From Thermoanaerobaculia bacterium (lineage in GTDB: Bacteria; Acidobacteriota; Thermoanaerobaculia; Gp7-AA8): 64,000 bases of DNA. A program made the translations under genes and the position numbers. The notes below the pieces were generated by a model that made no database searches, was not told where the DNA came from, and saw only the letters and a list, made by a program, of their open reading frames with translations. The stretch lies in the NCBI GenBank assembly GCA_035630815.1, contig DASQJY010000044.1:5249-69248 (forward strand), given 5' to 3'. Shown here one piece after another: positions 54,714 to 63,009 of the stretch; position 1 is the first letter of the stretch, and each line of letters starts with the position of its first letter.

Positions 54714-55334
54714 ATGGCAAACCAGGAAGGCCGCGATTACGGGAAGTGGGTGGTGGTCGCGCTCTGCGTCGCGGTCGCCGCGAGCCAGATCTACGTCATG
54801 CAGCAGAACCACGACCTGAAACAGCGGGTAGCCAATCAGAGCTCGGTCACCGGCGCGACGAAGTTCGCCAGCACGAAGTCCGACCGGACGGCATTCGAAG
54901 CCAGCATGACCGGCCGCTGCGAGCCCTCCTGGACGCGCGGCCAGGCGCCCTCCCCCACTCGCCCGCTCGACGTGTCCATCTACTTCTCGCTGAATCGCGA
55001 CTGCATGTCGTGCATCGAGGACGTGGTCGGCCAGTGGAACGGCGTGATGCGCAACGAGATGGCAAAGTCGCTGGTCGTGCGCGGCTACACCGACATCGAC
55101 GGCACGCGCGCGAAGACCACGCTCGAACGCGACCTGAAGCCCGCCTTCCCGGTTACCGACGTCGACGAGGTCGAGCAGAAACTCGCTGCCGCCGGCGTGA
55201 CCACCACGCCGGTCGTCTTCGTTTCCGAGCCTTCCACCGGCCGCGTGCTGATGACGTACGCGCCGCTGGTCGGCGAGAAGGGAGATCGCTCGCTGGTCGA
55301 GCGTCTGGCAGCCGTGCTGACGCCCTGTTCGTAA
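54714..55334 (+). CDS. membrane-anchored thioredoxin-fold protein with CxxC motif
   Basis: N-terminal TM WVVVALCVAVAASQIYV. The pattern VSIYFSLNRDCMSCIEDV (beta-CxxC-helix) and a later TTPVVFV (cis-Pro loop) is TlpA/ResA-like. Confidence 0.68.
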   Translation: MANQEGRDYGKWVVVALCVAVAASQIYVMQQNHDLKQRVANQSSVTGATKFASTKSDRTAFEASMTGRCEPSWTRGQAPSPTRPLDVSIYFSLNRDCMSCIEDVVGQWNGVMRNEMAKSLVVRGYTDIDGTRAKTTLERDLKPAFPVTDVDEVEQKLAAAGVTTTPVVFVSEPSTGRVLMTYAPLVGEKGDRSLVERLAAVLTPCS

Positions 55335-55340
55335 TGCCGG

Positions 55341-58300
55341 TCAGCGCAGCGTGACCCGCGCTTCCTGACCTTCCGCCGCCGCGACCATCCCTTCCCACCT
55401 GCCGCCGTTCGGCCCTGCCGCGCGCGCGGTGAAGTTGCCGGAAGGGACGCCGTCGATGACGGCGAACCCGTTGATCACCGGCCATTCCTGCTGGAGCGGT
55501 CCGCGGCTGACGGAGCGGAACGGTTGTCCCTCGGCGTCGAGCAGCATGACGCTCGCGACCGCGCCCGTTCCGGTGAGCTCCGGGATCTCGATCGTCACTC
55601 GCCCGGCGCGCGGCAGCATGACCGGCACCGGCTGCCCCGGAACGGCGATGCCGAGGGCGATCGTGGCCGCGCCGTCCGCTCCGACGAGCAGCCGGAACGA
55701 TCCGGCCGGTGCGCCGGGAACCCGCGTCCGGCCGCCCTCGCCCGTAGTCACGGTCTGCGCGAAGACGAGCTGGCCGGCGGGATCCAGGAGTGCGACGCCG
55801 ATGCGCGCCGGCGGCATGCCGGCGCTGCTGGTCACGTCGAGCAGCAGCCCCTGTTCCGGCTCCATCATGAGGCTCAGGCCGTCGGCGCTGGTGTCGTCCG
55901 AGGGCAGCTCGAGCGGCAGCGTGGCCCGCGCATAGCCGTCCTTCGTGCCGGTGAGGCGGTAGCTGCCGCGGTCCAGGTTCGTCAGCTCGAACGCGCCGTA
56001 GCTGTCGGTGGTCACGCGTGGCGAGAGCACACTCGAGCCGCCGGCCACCGGCTCGGCGATCACGGTCACGCCGGCCAGCGGAGAGCGGGTGACGCCGTCG
56101 ACGACGGTGCCGGACGCGCGGGCGCTCGGCAGGTCGACGTCGATGGTCTGGTCACCGCCGAGGGTGACGGCGCGTTCGTGGTGCAGCCCCGATTGCGCGA
56201 CGTTGACCGCGAGGCGGTGCTCCCCGGCCGTCAGCCCCTCGATGCGGAACGCGCCGCCACCGTCGGTGACCGTGGAGCCGGAGGAGTCGACGCCGACACC
56301 GCTCACCTCCACCGTGGCGTTCGCGACCGGTTGTCCGTGCCTGCGCACGCGGCCGCTCAGCGTCACGCCGCCGCCGAACTCGAGATCGAGTTGCGCCGGC
56401 GATCCTTCACTCACACTCACCGACTTCTGGGCCTGACGCCCGTTCGGCAGCCGCGCGGTGACGGTCCAGTCGCCGGCATGCACGCCTTCGATGCGATAGG
56501 CCCCCTGCCCGTCGGCGTTTCCTTCCCGCAGGGCGTCGAGGTTGTCCATCGGACGCTTGGTAGCCATGATCTGCAACTGCGACATCGACTGCAGCGGCAG
56601 CCCGAGGATGCGCCCGCTGATGACTCCCGCGCCCTGCTGCAGGCGCAGCTCGACGCCGTCGACGGCACGGTCGCTGATCTGCACTTCCTGCCGTGCGGTG
56701 CCGTAGCCTTCTTTCTGCGCCGCGACGCTGTAGCGGCCCGCCCCCAGCCCCGTAAAGCGAAACGCTCCGTCGCTGCCGCTGACATCCTCCTCTGCCATCC
56801 CGGGTCCGGAGGTCAGTAGATTCACCGGTGTGCCGGCGAGCGGGCGTCCGCTGCCGTCGACGACGCGTCCCGAGACCGCGAAGCCCTCGGCCAGGCGGAG
56901 GTCGACGCGGTTGTCGCCGCTGCGCACCTCGATCTCCCGCACCGCGGGCTGATAACCCGGCTGAGTGGCGATGACGGTCTGCGCGCCGAGGGGCACTCCT
57001 TCCATCCGGAAGCGTCCGTCGCCGTCGGTCTGCGAAGCGCCGGCGACTTCGAGATCGAGCAGGCGGTCGGGCATGCGGTTGCTGTGGCGCAGCGTCACGC
57101 GCGCCGCGATCGCCGGCTGGCCGTTCGGCATCGACACCGTTCCCTCGAGCGCCGCGCCGCGATGCAACGTGAGGTCGACGTCCTCGATATTCCGCCCTTC
57201 GCCGACCTCGAGGACGACCGGTTCGCCGGAGACGAACCCTTTCGCCGACGCGCTCACCGCCATCTTTCCCGGCTCGAGATCCTGCAGCACGTACGTCCCC
57301 GCGGCGTCGGTGTCGGCGACCGAGCCGGAGAGTCCGGCCGGCAGCGCCGCATCGACGGGACGGATCGCGACGACCGCACCGGGGACCGGCTCGCCCTGCT
57401 CTGTCTTCACCCTGCCGCTGACGCGCGCGGCCGGCTCGAGCACGAGCTGCACCGGTTGCGACGGCGGCATCTCGAGCTGCGGCAGCGTGGCCGCGACGTA
57501 GCCGCTGAGGCGGGCGATCACGTCGATGGTCTCGCCGTGAGCCAGTCCGTCCAGGCTGAACCGTCCGTTCGCTTCGCTCTTCGTCGAACGGATTTCCTGC
57601 CCCCCCGCCAAAAGCTCGCGGGCTTCGGCGCGAACGCCGGTGGCGCTCGGCGGGAAGGCCGACACCGTCGCGCCGGTGAGCGGCTTGCCGCGGCGATCGG
57701 TGACCGTTCCGGTGAGCGCGAGTCCCCGCTCCAGCGCGATCTCGCCGAGGTCGTTCGCCGCGCCGCTCTCGATGGCGATGTCCTTGACCGTTCGCCGGAC
57801 GAACCCGTCCGCCTTCGCCGTCAGCTCGAAGCGCCCTGCCGGAAGATGCTCGAACCGGAAGCCTCCCTCGGCGTCGGAGAACGCCTCCAGCGGCTCCTCC
57901 TCAATCTCGTCCTCCGCGCGCAGGAAGCTCGGCAGGCTGTCGCGCGCACTGCTGCGCACGAGCCGGATTTCCGCCGCCGCAACCGGGGCGGCGCGCTCGT
58001 CGACGATCCTGCCGAACGCCCCCATGCCGCTGGTCAGCACCAGCCGCAGGCCCGACTTCACGGCCGCCGGGGCGAGCTTCTCCGCCACCGTCAGCGTGGC
58101 CGGTGCAAAACCGGTCCGCGAGGCGCGCAGCGTATACGCGCGGCGCGGCAGCACCTCGATGCGGAACGTGCCGTCATCGCGGCTCATGGCGCGCGCGGCG
58201 ATTCCCTCGGGGCGCGTACGGAAGCGGAAGAGCGCGTCGGAACTGTACTCGTCGAACTGGATCTCCGCGCCGCCCACCGCTCTGCCGCTGCCGTCCACCA

Positions 58301-59402
58301 CGGCCCCGGCCAGCGTCGCCGTCGGCTGCAGCGCGAACGTCGGCCCGCTCGCGTTCGGCCCCCGCTTCGCCGACGTCTTTTCGCCGCGCGGGAGATGTCC
58401 AGAGGCCGCGGCCCGCAGGTCGCCGCTCGTCTGCGCGGGGCGCGCGAGGACGTACGTACCCTTGGCGTCGCTGCGGACGAACGCCGCCGGATCGTCCGCG
58501 CTCCACACCAATGCTCCCGCGATCGGAGCGCGGGAGTCCGCGTCGAGCACGCGTCCGGTGAAGCGGTCCGGCGCCTCCAGCATGACCGCGAGCGGAGCGC
58601 TGGGCTGCTCCGGCGAGGCGTGCTGCAGTGGCGTGCGCGCGCTCCGTCCGTCGCTCGCGGCGATCGAGACGCGCAGGTCGCTCCTGCAGGGAGCGTAGAT
58701 CGTCGCGCTTCCTTCTTCGTTCGTCGTCGCGAGCAGCACGCTCTCCGTCGAGACGCGTGCACCCGCGACGGCTGAGCCGTTCCCGTCGCGGACAGTGAGC
58801 GGACGCGCGCACGCGGCCTCCGCGCGCAGGTCGATCGAAGATGCGGTAACGCGCGACGCGCGTGCGAACGCGAGCTCGCCGCCGGTGGCCGCGACTTCGA
58901 GGCTCTCCCCCGCGCTGCGCGGCAGCACCACGGTTCCGCTCTCATCGGTCGTTCCGGCACGCGACGCGGCGATCCAGCCGTCCGGGCGCTGCCCCGAGGT
59001 CGGCCACGCCGCGACCCGCACCCCCGCCACCGGCGTGCCGTCCGCGCCGAGCACGCGCACGCGCAACGGCGCGTTGTCCTGCGTGCGCAGCGGCGCGAGC
59101 TCGATCGGCGCGAGCAGCGGCAGCAGCGACGTCTCGGCCGGCACGGCCCCGGTCGCGCGGACGATGACGCGGTACATCCCCGCGTCGGGCGCGGCGAGGC
59201 GGAAACGTCCGCCCGTATCCGTGCTCGCCGACGTCAGGGCCTCGCCATTCTCCGCGACCGGCAGCAGAGCCACCTCCGCTTTCGGCGACGGCTTGCCGCG
59301 CGCGTCGAGCACCCGTCCGCTCACCTCGATCGTGCGGGGAGCGGGCGCCTGGTCGGCGGCGAGCAGAGCGAGTAGCGCGAGGCTCCCGAGGACCATCGGC
59401 AT
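55341..59402 (-). CDS. giant secreted protein made of tandem carboxypeptidase-regulatory-like (prealbumin-fold) domains
   Basis: Signal peptide, then more than ten repeats of the G.V.D..G.P..GA.V......g........TD..G.F....L..G.Y pattern over 1353 aa. Confidence 0.8.
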   Translation of the reverse strand: MPMVLGSLALLALLAADQAPAPRTIEVSGRVLDARGKPSPKAEVALLPVAENGEALTSASTDTGGRFRLAAPDAGMYRVIVRATGAVPAETSLLPLLAPIELAPLRTQDNAPLRVRVLGADGTPVAGVRVAAWPTSGQRPDGWIAASRAGTTDESGTVVLPRSAGESLEVAATGGELAFARASRVTASSIDLRAEAACARPLTVRDGNGSAVAGARVSTESVLLATTNEEGSATIYAPCRSDLRVSIAASDGRSARTPLQHASPEQPSAPLAVMLEAPDRFTGRVLDADSRAPIAGALVWSADDPAAFVRSDAKGTYVLARPAQTSGDLRAAASGHLPRGEKTSAKRGPNASGPTFALQPTATLAGAVVDGSGRAVGGAEIQFDEYSSDALFRFRTRPEGIAARAMSRDDGTFRIEVLPRRAYTLRASRTGFAPATLTVAEKLAPAAVKSGLRLVLTSGMGAFGRIVDERAAPVAAAEIRLVRSSARDSLPSFLRAEDEIEEEPLEAFSDAEGGFRFEHLPAGRFELTAKADGFVRRTVKDIAIESGAANDLGEIALERGLALTGTVTDRRGKPLTGATVSAFPPSATGVRAEARELLAGGQEIRSTKSEANGRFSLDGLAHGETIDVIARLSGYVAATLPQLEMPPSQPVQLVLEPAARVSGRVKTEQGEPVPGAVVAIRPVDAALPAGLSGSVADTDAAGTYVLQDLEPGKMAVSASAKGFVSGEPVVLEVGEGRNIEDVDLTLHRGAALEGTVSMPNGQPAIAARVTLRHSNRMPDRLLDLEVAGASQTDGDGRFRMEGVPLGAQTVIATQPGYQPAVREIEVRSGDNRVDLRLAEGFAVSGRVVDGSGRPLAGTPVNLLTSGPGMAEEDVSGSDGAFRFTGLGAGRYSVAAQKEGYGTARQEVQISDRAVDGVELRLQQGAGVISGRILGLPLQSMSQLQIMATKRPMDNLDALREGNADGQGAYRIEGVHAGDWTVTARLPNGRQAQKSVSVSEGSPAQLDLEFGGGVTLSGRVRRHGQPVANATVEVSGVGVDSSGSTVTDGGGAFRIEGLTAGEHRLAVNVAQSGLHHERAVTLGGDQTIDVDLPSARASGTVVDGVTRSPLAGVTVIAEPVAGGSSVLSPRVTTDSYGAFELTNLDRGSYRLTGTKDGYARATLPLELPSDDTSADGLSLMMEPEQGLLLDVTSSAGMPPARIGVALLDPAGQLVFAQTVTTGEGGRTRVPGAPAGSFRLLVGADGAATIALGIAVPGQPVPVMLPRAGRVTIEIPELTGTGAVASVMLLDAEGQPFRSVSRGPLQQEWPVINGFAVIDGVPSGNFTARAAGPNGGRWEGMVAAAEGQEARVTLR

Positions 59403-59405
59403 CGG

Positions 59406-60119
59406 CTACTTCAACGGCTGCGGCGGCTTGAAGAGCACGTCGTCGATGGCAGGATTCACCTGCACGACGTAGCGCGTCTCTCCGGTCGAGTGGGCGATCA
59501 TCACCCCCTCGACGTTCCGGTAATCGCCGAGCTGGACGGGGAAGAGCTTCTCGCCGCCCCACGGCATCTTCGCGTTCCGGGCGCGCTGCACGAGGAGGTA
59601 CGACGCGGCGTCGATCCAAAGCAGTATCTCGTCGTGGCCCGGCCGCTTGAGCGATAGCTTGTAGGCCGGCTTGTTCCCGACCTTCTCGCGCCCGAGGAGC
59701 TTCAGCTCGGCCCCCTTGGCCGGCATGTCGAGCAGGTCGCTGCGAATGAGCAGCCCCGTCTGCCACGCCCGCAGCTCCTCCGCATCCATCTTCCGCGGCA
59801 CGCCATAGTCCGGCCCACGGAAAGGATTCGAGATCCAGCCCAGCTTGCCGTCATACGCGGTGATCAGCGTCTTCCCCGAATACGCGGTGTCGCGCTCCTC
59901 GGTGCGGATCATCCCCGGACGCTTCCAGACCCAGGTGAACGTGGAGACGGAGTTCGTCCCCTTCAGCAGCAGCGACTCCACCTTCTGCCAGCGTGCCTTG
60001 CCGCCGATGGCATCGAGGTGGCGCCGGACGATCTCGTTGGCATCCGGCTGCGCGCCGGCGTTACCGAGGAGGAGCAGGAGCATGGGAAAGAGAAGGAAGG
60101 GGCGGCGGGACATGGTCAT
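59406..60119 (-). CDS. secreted LolA-like / outer-membrane lipoprotein-sorting-like protein (tentative)
   Basis: Signal peptide. EIVRRHLDAIGGKARWQKV...L.G opening is common to LolA-fold DUFs. Lies 4 nt upstream of the giant protein gene. Confidence 0.5.
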   Translation of the reverse strand: MTMSRRPFLLFPMLLLLLGNAGAQPDANEIVRRHLDAIGGKARWQKVESLLLKGTNSVSTFTWVWKRPGMIRTEERDTAYSGKTLITAYDGKLGWISNPFRGPDYGVPRKMDAEELRAWQTGLLIRSDLLDMPAKGAELKLLGREKVGNKPAYKLSLKRPGHDEILLWIDAASYLLVQRARNAKMPWGGEKLFPVQLGDYRNVEGVMIAHSTGETRYVVQVNPAIDDVLFKPPQPLK

Positions 60120-60222
60120 AGTCGGCAGGTGTCAGTAAGGGAAGAATTCTAGCAACACTTCCGGCCAGCGACAACTCACGCACAGCGGGCCGAACAGCAA
60201 CGCCCGCCGCCCCGGATCTGCG

Positions 60223-60414
60223 TCAGCCGCAGCAGGACGCCGCGACGGCAGGCGCACCCTTCTGCGATCCCTGCGGTACACCGCAACCGCATCCCGTTTC
60301 GCCCGCCGCCTTGGCATCCGCATCCCTGACGCAGCAGGCATCCGTTTCCCTCGGGGCCGGACCTCCGCAACACGTCGACGCGGGCTGTTCTGCAACTGCA
60401 TTCAATTCGGTCAT
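60223..60414 (-). CDS. small cysteine-rich protein (CC/CxC motifs), putative metal- or redox-binding
   Basis: 63 aa with 9 Cys: TCCGGPA, DACCVRD, GCGCG and a C-terminal SCCG. Divergent from the ECF sigma gene. Confidence 0.5.
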   Translation of the reverse strand: MTELNAVAEQPASTCCGGPAPRETDACCVRDADAKAAGETGCGCGVPQGSQKGAPAVAASCCG

Positions 60415-60511
60415 GTCGTCTCCTTTCGTTGCGTTCCAGAGACGGGAACGGGTGTCGAAAGACGCATCTGCGTCTTTTGGCTCCCCTTTCCGTCTATCTT
60501 TAGAGGACCGA

Positions 60512-61111
60512 ATGGAAACGAACCAGACTATCGACGTAGCAATCGACGTAGCAGCCGCGTGGCATGAGCTGGGAGACCGCCTGCGCGTCTACGTCTCGCG
60601 GCGCGTGAACCCCGGCGACGCGGACGACGTGGTGCAGTCCGTCATGGTGAAACTGCTCGAGCGCCGCACCGACATCGGCCCCGGCTCCGTGCGTGCGTGG
60701 CTCTTCGCCGTCACGCGCAACGCGGTCGCCGAGTACTACCGCCAGCGCCGGCCGGACGTCGATCTCGACACGTTCGGCGACGTTCCCGAGCATGACGCCG
60801 CCGATCCCGCCGACCGCATCCTCGGCAGTCTCACCGACTGTCTCGAGCCGATGCTCGGCACGCTCTCCGCCCCCGACGCGGACGTACTGCGCCGCATCGA
60901 CCTGCACGGCGAGGCGCAGACCACCCTCGCCGCCACCCTCGGCATTCCACTGTCGACCGTCAAGTCGCGCATCCAGCGCGCCCGCACGAAGCTCCGCGCC
61001 GCTTTCGACTCCTGCTGCGCGATCGAGCTCGCCCGCAACGGCACCCCGATCGGATTCGAGCGCGGCTCAACGTGTACGCCGTCGTGTACCGCCGAAGAGC
61101 CGCGCTCTTGA
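60512..61111 (+). CDS. ECF-type sigma-70 family factor with Cys-rich C-terminal extension (SigZ-like)
   Basis: Region 2 (DADDVVQSVMVKLLER...WLFAVTRNAVAEYYRQ), region 4 (LATLGIPLSTVKSRIQRARTKL) and the tail DSCCAIEL...CTPSC. Confidence 0.85.
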   Translation: METNQTIDVAIDVAAAWHELGDRLRVYVSRRVNPGDADDVVQSVMVKLLERRTDIGPGSVRAWLFAVTRNAVAEYYRQRRPDVDLDTFGDVPEHDAADPADRILGSLTDCLEPMLGTLSAPDADVLRRIDLHGEAQTTLAATLGIPLSTVKSRIQRARTKLRAAFDSCCAIELARNGTPIGFERGSTCTPSCTAEEPRS

Positions 61112-61120
61112 CCTTGTAGG

Positions 61121-61423
61121 ATGCGCTCCGTGACGTTCGTCCGTGCGCTGCGCCAGCTCGCTTTCATCGAAGGAATCTCCACCCTGGTCCTCTTCGGGAT
61201 CGCGATGCCGCTCAAATACTTCGCCGGCCTGCCCCTCGCGGTGCGCATCGTCGGCTCTGTACATGGAGCCTTGTTCGTCGCCCTCGTGGTGATGCTGCTC
61301 GTGGCCATCCGAAAGGTACCGATCTCCCTCGCGCTGGCCGCTGCCGGAATCGCTGCCGCCGTAGTTCCCGGCGGCCCGTTTCTCCTCGATCGATACCTGG
61401 CGCGCTTCGACGTCGCCGGCTAG
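61121..61423 (+). CDS. DUF3817-type small membrane protein
   Basis: 100 aa. LRQLAFIEGISTLVLFGIAMPLKY..G.P..VRIVGSVHG is the family pattern. Confidence 0.72.
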   Translation: MRSVTFVRALRQLAFIEGISTLVLFGIAMPLKYFAGLPLAVRIVGSVHGALFVALVVMLLVAIRKVPISLALAAAGIAAAVVPGGPFLLDRYLARFDVAG

Positions 61424-61445
61424 GCCCCCCTGTCATCCTTATAGA

Positions 61446-61609
61446 TATGGAGTGCGGTAACGCCAGTTACCGCTTTGACTGCTTCTGTTCGTGCAGTAAT
61501 CCGAGGCTGGTGCAATCTCGCCTCTTGGCACAAGCGAAGGCTGGACCTGCTTGCGTTGCCGGACGGACAGAAGCAGTCAAAGCGGTAACTGGCGTTACCG
61601 CACTCCATA
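61446..61609. repeat. long inverted repeat, GGAGTGCGGTAAC family (outer-facing cores)
   Basis: Arms are TATGGAGTGCGGTAACGCCAGTTACCGCTTTGACTGCTTCTGTTCGT and ACGGACAGAAGCAGTCAAAGCGGTAACTGGCGTTACCGCACTCCATA. Both strands therefore give the same spurious peptide MECGNASYRFDCFC in the ORF track. Confidence 0.92.
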
Positions 61610-61656
61610 AGCAGGCGAGCCCGTCATTCGTCCCGGGGGAGTGGTACCTTTCCGGA

Positions 61657-63009
61657 ATGCCATTCGCGTGGGAGAGGCTGATCGGCTTGATTGCCGAGCG
61701 GAAGATCGTGCCGGTCATCGGACAGGATCTCCTGCAGGTGAAGACGCCTCTCGGCGAAATGGCGCTGTATCGCTTCATCGCGCTGCGCGCGGCGGAACGG
61801 CTCGGACTCGAGCCTCCCCCACCCGATGCCGCGAACCCGCTCCACACAGTCACCACGCAGCATCTCGAGAACCGCGGCGACTGGCAGGAGATCTACTCCA
61901 CGGTCTGCGAGGTGATCGGCGAAACGGAGTCGTTCGAGCCGCCGGCGGCACTCGCTGACCTGGCAGCCATCGAGCCGTTCTCGCTCTTCGTCACCACGAC
62001 CGTCGACCCCCTGCTGCAGCGCACCCTCGACCAAATCCGCTACGGCGGCGAAGACTCCACGCGCGTGCTGGCGTTTACACCCGGCCGCACCAGGGATCTC
62101 CCCGACGCGACCTACGACTCCACCGTGGCCACGGTCTTCCATCTCTTCGGCAGGTACAGCGTCTCTCCCGACTATGCCGTCACCGAGGAAGACACGCTCG
62201 AGTTCATGCACCTCCTGCAGTCGGACGTGAAGCGGCCGCAGAATCTCTTCCGCGAGCTGGCGCAGCGCGACCTGCTCATGCTCGGCAACAGCTTCGACGA
62301 CTGGGTGGGCCGTTTCTTCATCCGCCTGACCAACCAGGAACGGGTGTGGGTGGCCAGGTCGACGCAGAGCCGCTTCGTCGCCGACGAGCGTGTACGCCAC
62401 GACGCAGGCCTGCTGACCTTCCTCCGCCAGAGTCCCTCCATCAAGGTCTATCCCGATGGCAACCCCACCGACTTCGTGGCCGAGCTGCGCCGCCGGTGGG
62501 AGCAGCGCGCGTCCAGGCTGGCGCGCGAGGGAAAAAGCGACCCTGTTCTCGAGATCACGCCCGGTTCGGTCTTCGTCAGCTACGCCAGCGAGGACCGAGC
62601 GTTCGCGAAGGCGATCGCCGACGCACTATCAGCCAGGGGACTGGATGTCTGGTTCGACCGCGACGAGCTCGGGTCGGGCGACGATTTCGGGCGGAAGATC
62701 GAAAGTGCCATCGATCGCTGCGCAGTCTTCGTCCCCGTGATCTCGAAGGCTTGCGGCGATTCGCGGCGTTTCTTCTTCCAGGAATGGCGCGCCGCCATCG
62801 ATGTCGCGAAGAAGGCCAGCTTCACGGCGCGCTTCGTGATGCCGGTGGTCATCGACGACATCGCTTACGATGACGAACGAGTGCCTCGCGAGTTTCGCGG
62901 GGTGCACTGGGAACGCGTTGCTGCCGCAGGCCCGGAGCCGCGGTGGGTGGAGGAAGTGCGGAAGGAAGTGCGGGCCTTCCGGAAGGTGTCGATGGCGGGG
63001 ACGGGATGA
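61657..63009 (+). CDS. fused SIR2-like (SIR2_2-type, divergent) and TIR domain protein
   Basis: The N-domain follows the SIR2_2 layout (IVPVIGQDLL, LFVTTTVDPLL, VFHLFGRYS....AVTEEDTLEF, LLMLGNSFDDW). The C-domain is a TIR (VFVSYASEDRAFAKAIADALSARGLDVWFDRDEL..GDDF...I..AIDRCAVFVPVIS...FFFQEW). Start at ATG 61657, after the repeat element. Confidence 0.72.
   Translation: MPFAWERLIGLIAERKIVPVIGQDLLQVKTPLGEMALYRFIALRAAERLGLEPPPPDAANPLHTVTTQHLENRGDWQEIYSTVCEVIGETESFEPPAALADLAAIEPFSLFVTTTVDPLLQRTLDQIRYGGEDSTRVLAFTPGRTRDLPDATYDSTVATVFHLFGRYSVSPDYAVTEEDTLEFMHLLQSDVKRPQNLFRELAQRDLLMLGNSFDDWVGRFFIRLTNQERVWVARSTQSRFVADERVRHDAGLLTFLRQSPSIKVYPDGNPTDFVAELRRRWEQRASRLAREGKSDPVLEITPGSVFVSYASEDRAFAKAIADALSARGLDVWFDRDELGSGDDFGRKIESAIDRCAVFVPVISKACGDSRRFFFQEWRAAIDVAKKASFTARFVMPVVIDDIAYDDERVPREFRGVHWERVAAAGPEPRWVEEVRKEVRAFRKVSMAGTG

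Noticed and set aside
61447-61656. N-terminal 70 codons of ORF 61447-63009 (MECGNASYRFDCF...)
   Set aside because: It is a translation of the inverted-repeat element. The mirror ORF on the other strand (61420-61608) gives the same peptide, which is diagnostic of a palindrome and not a gene.
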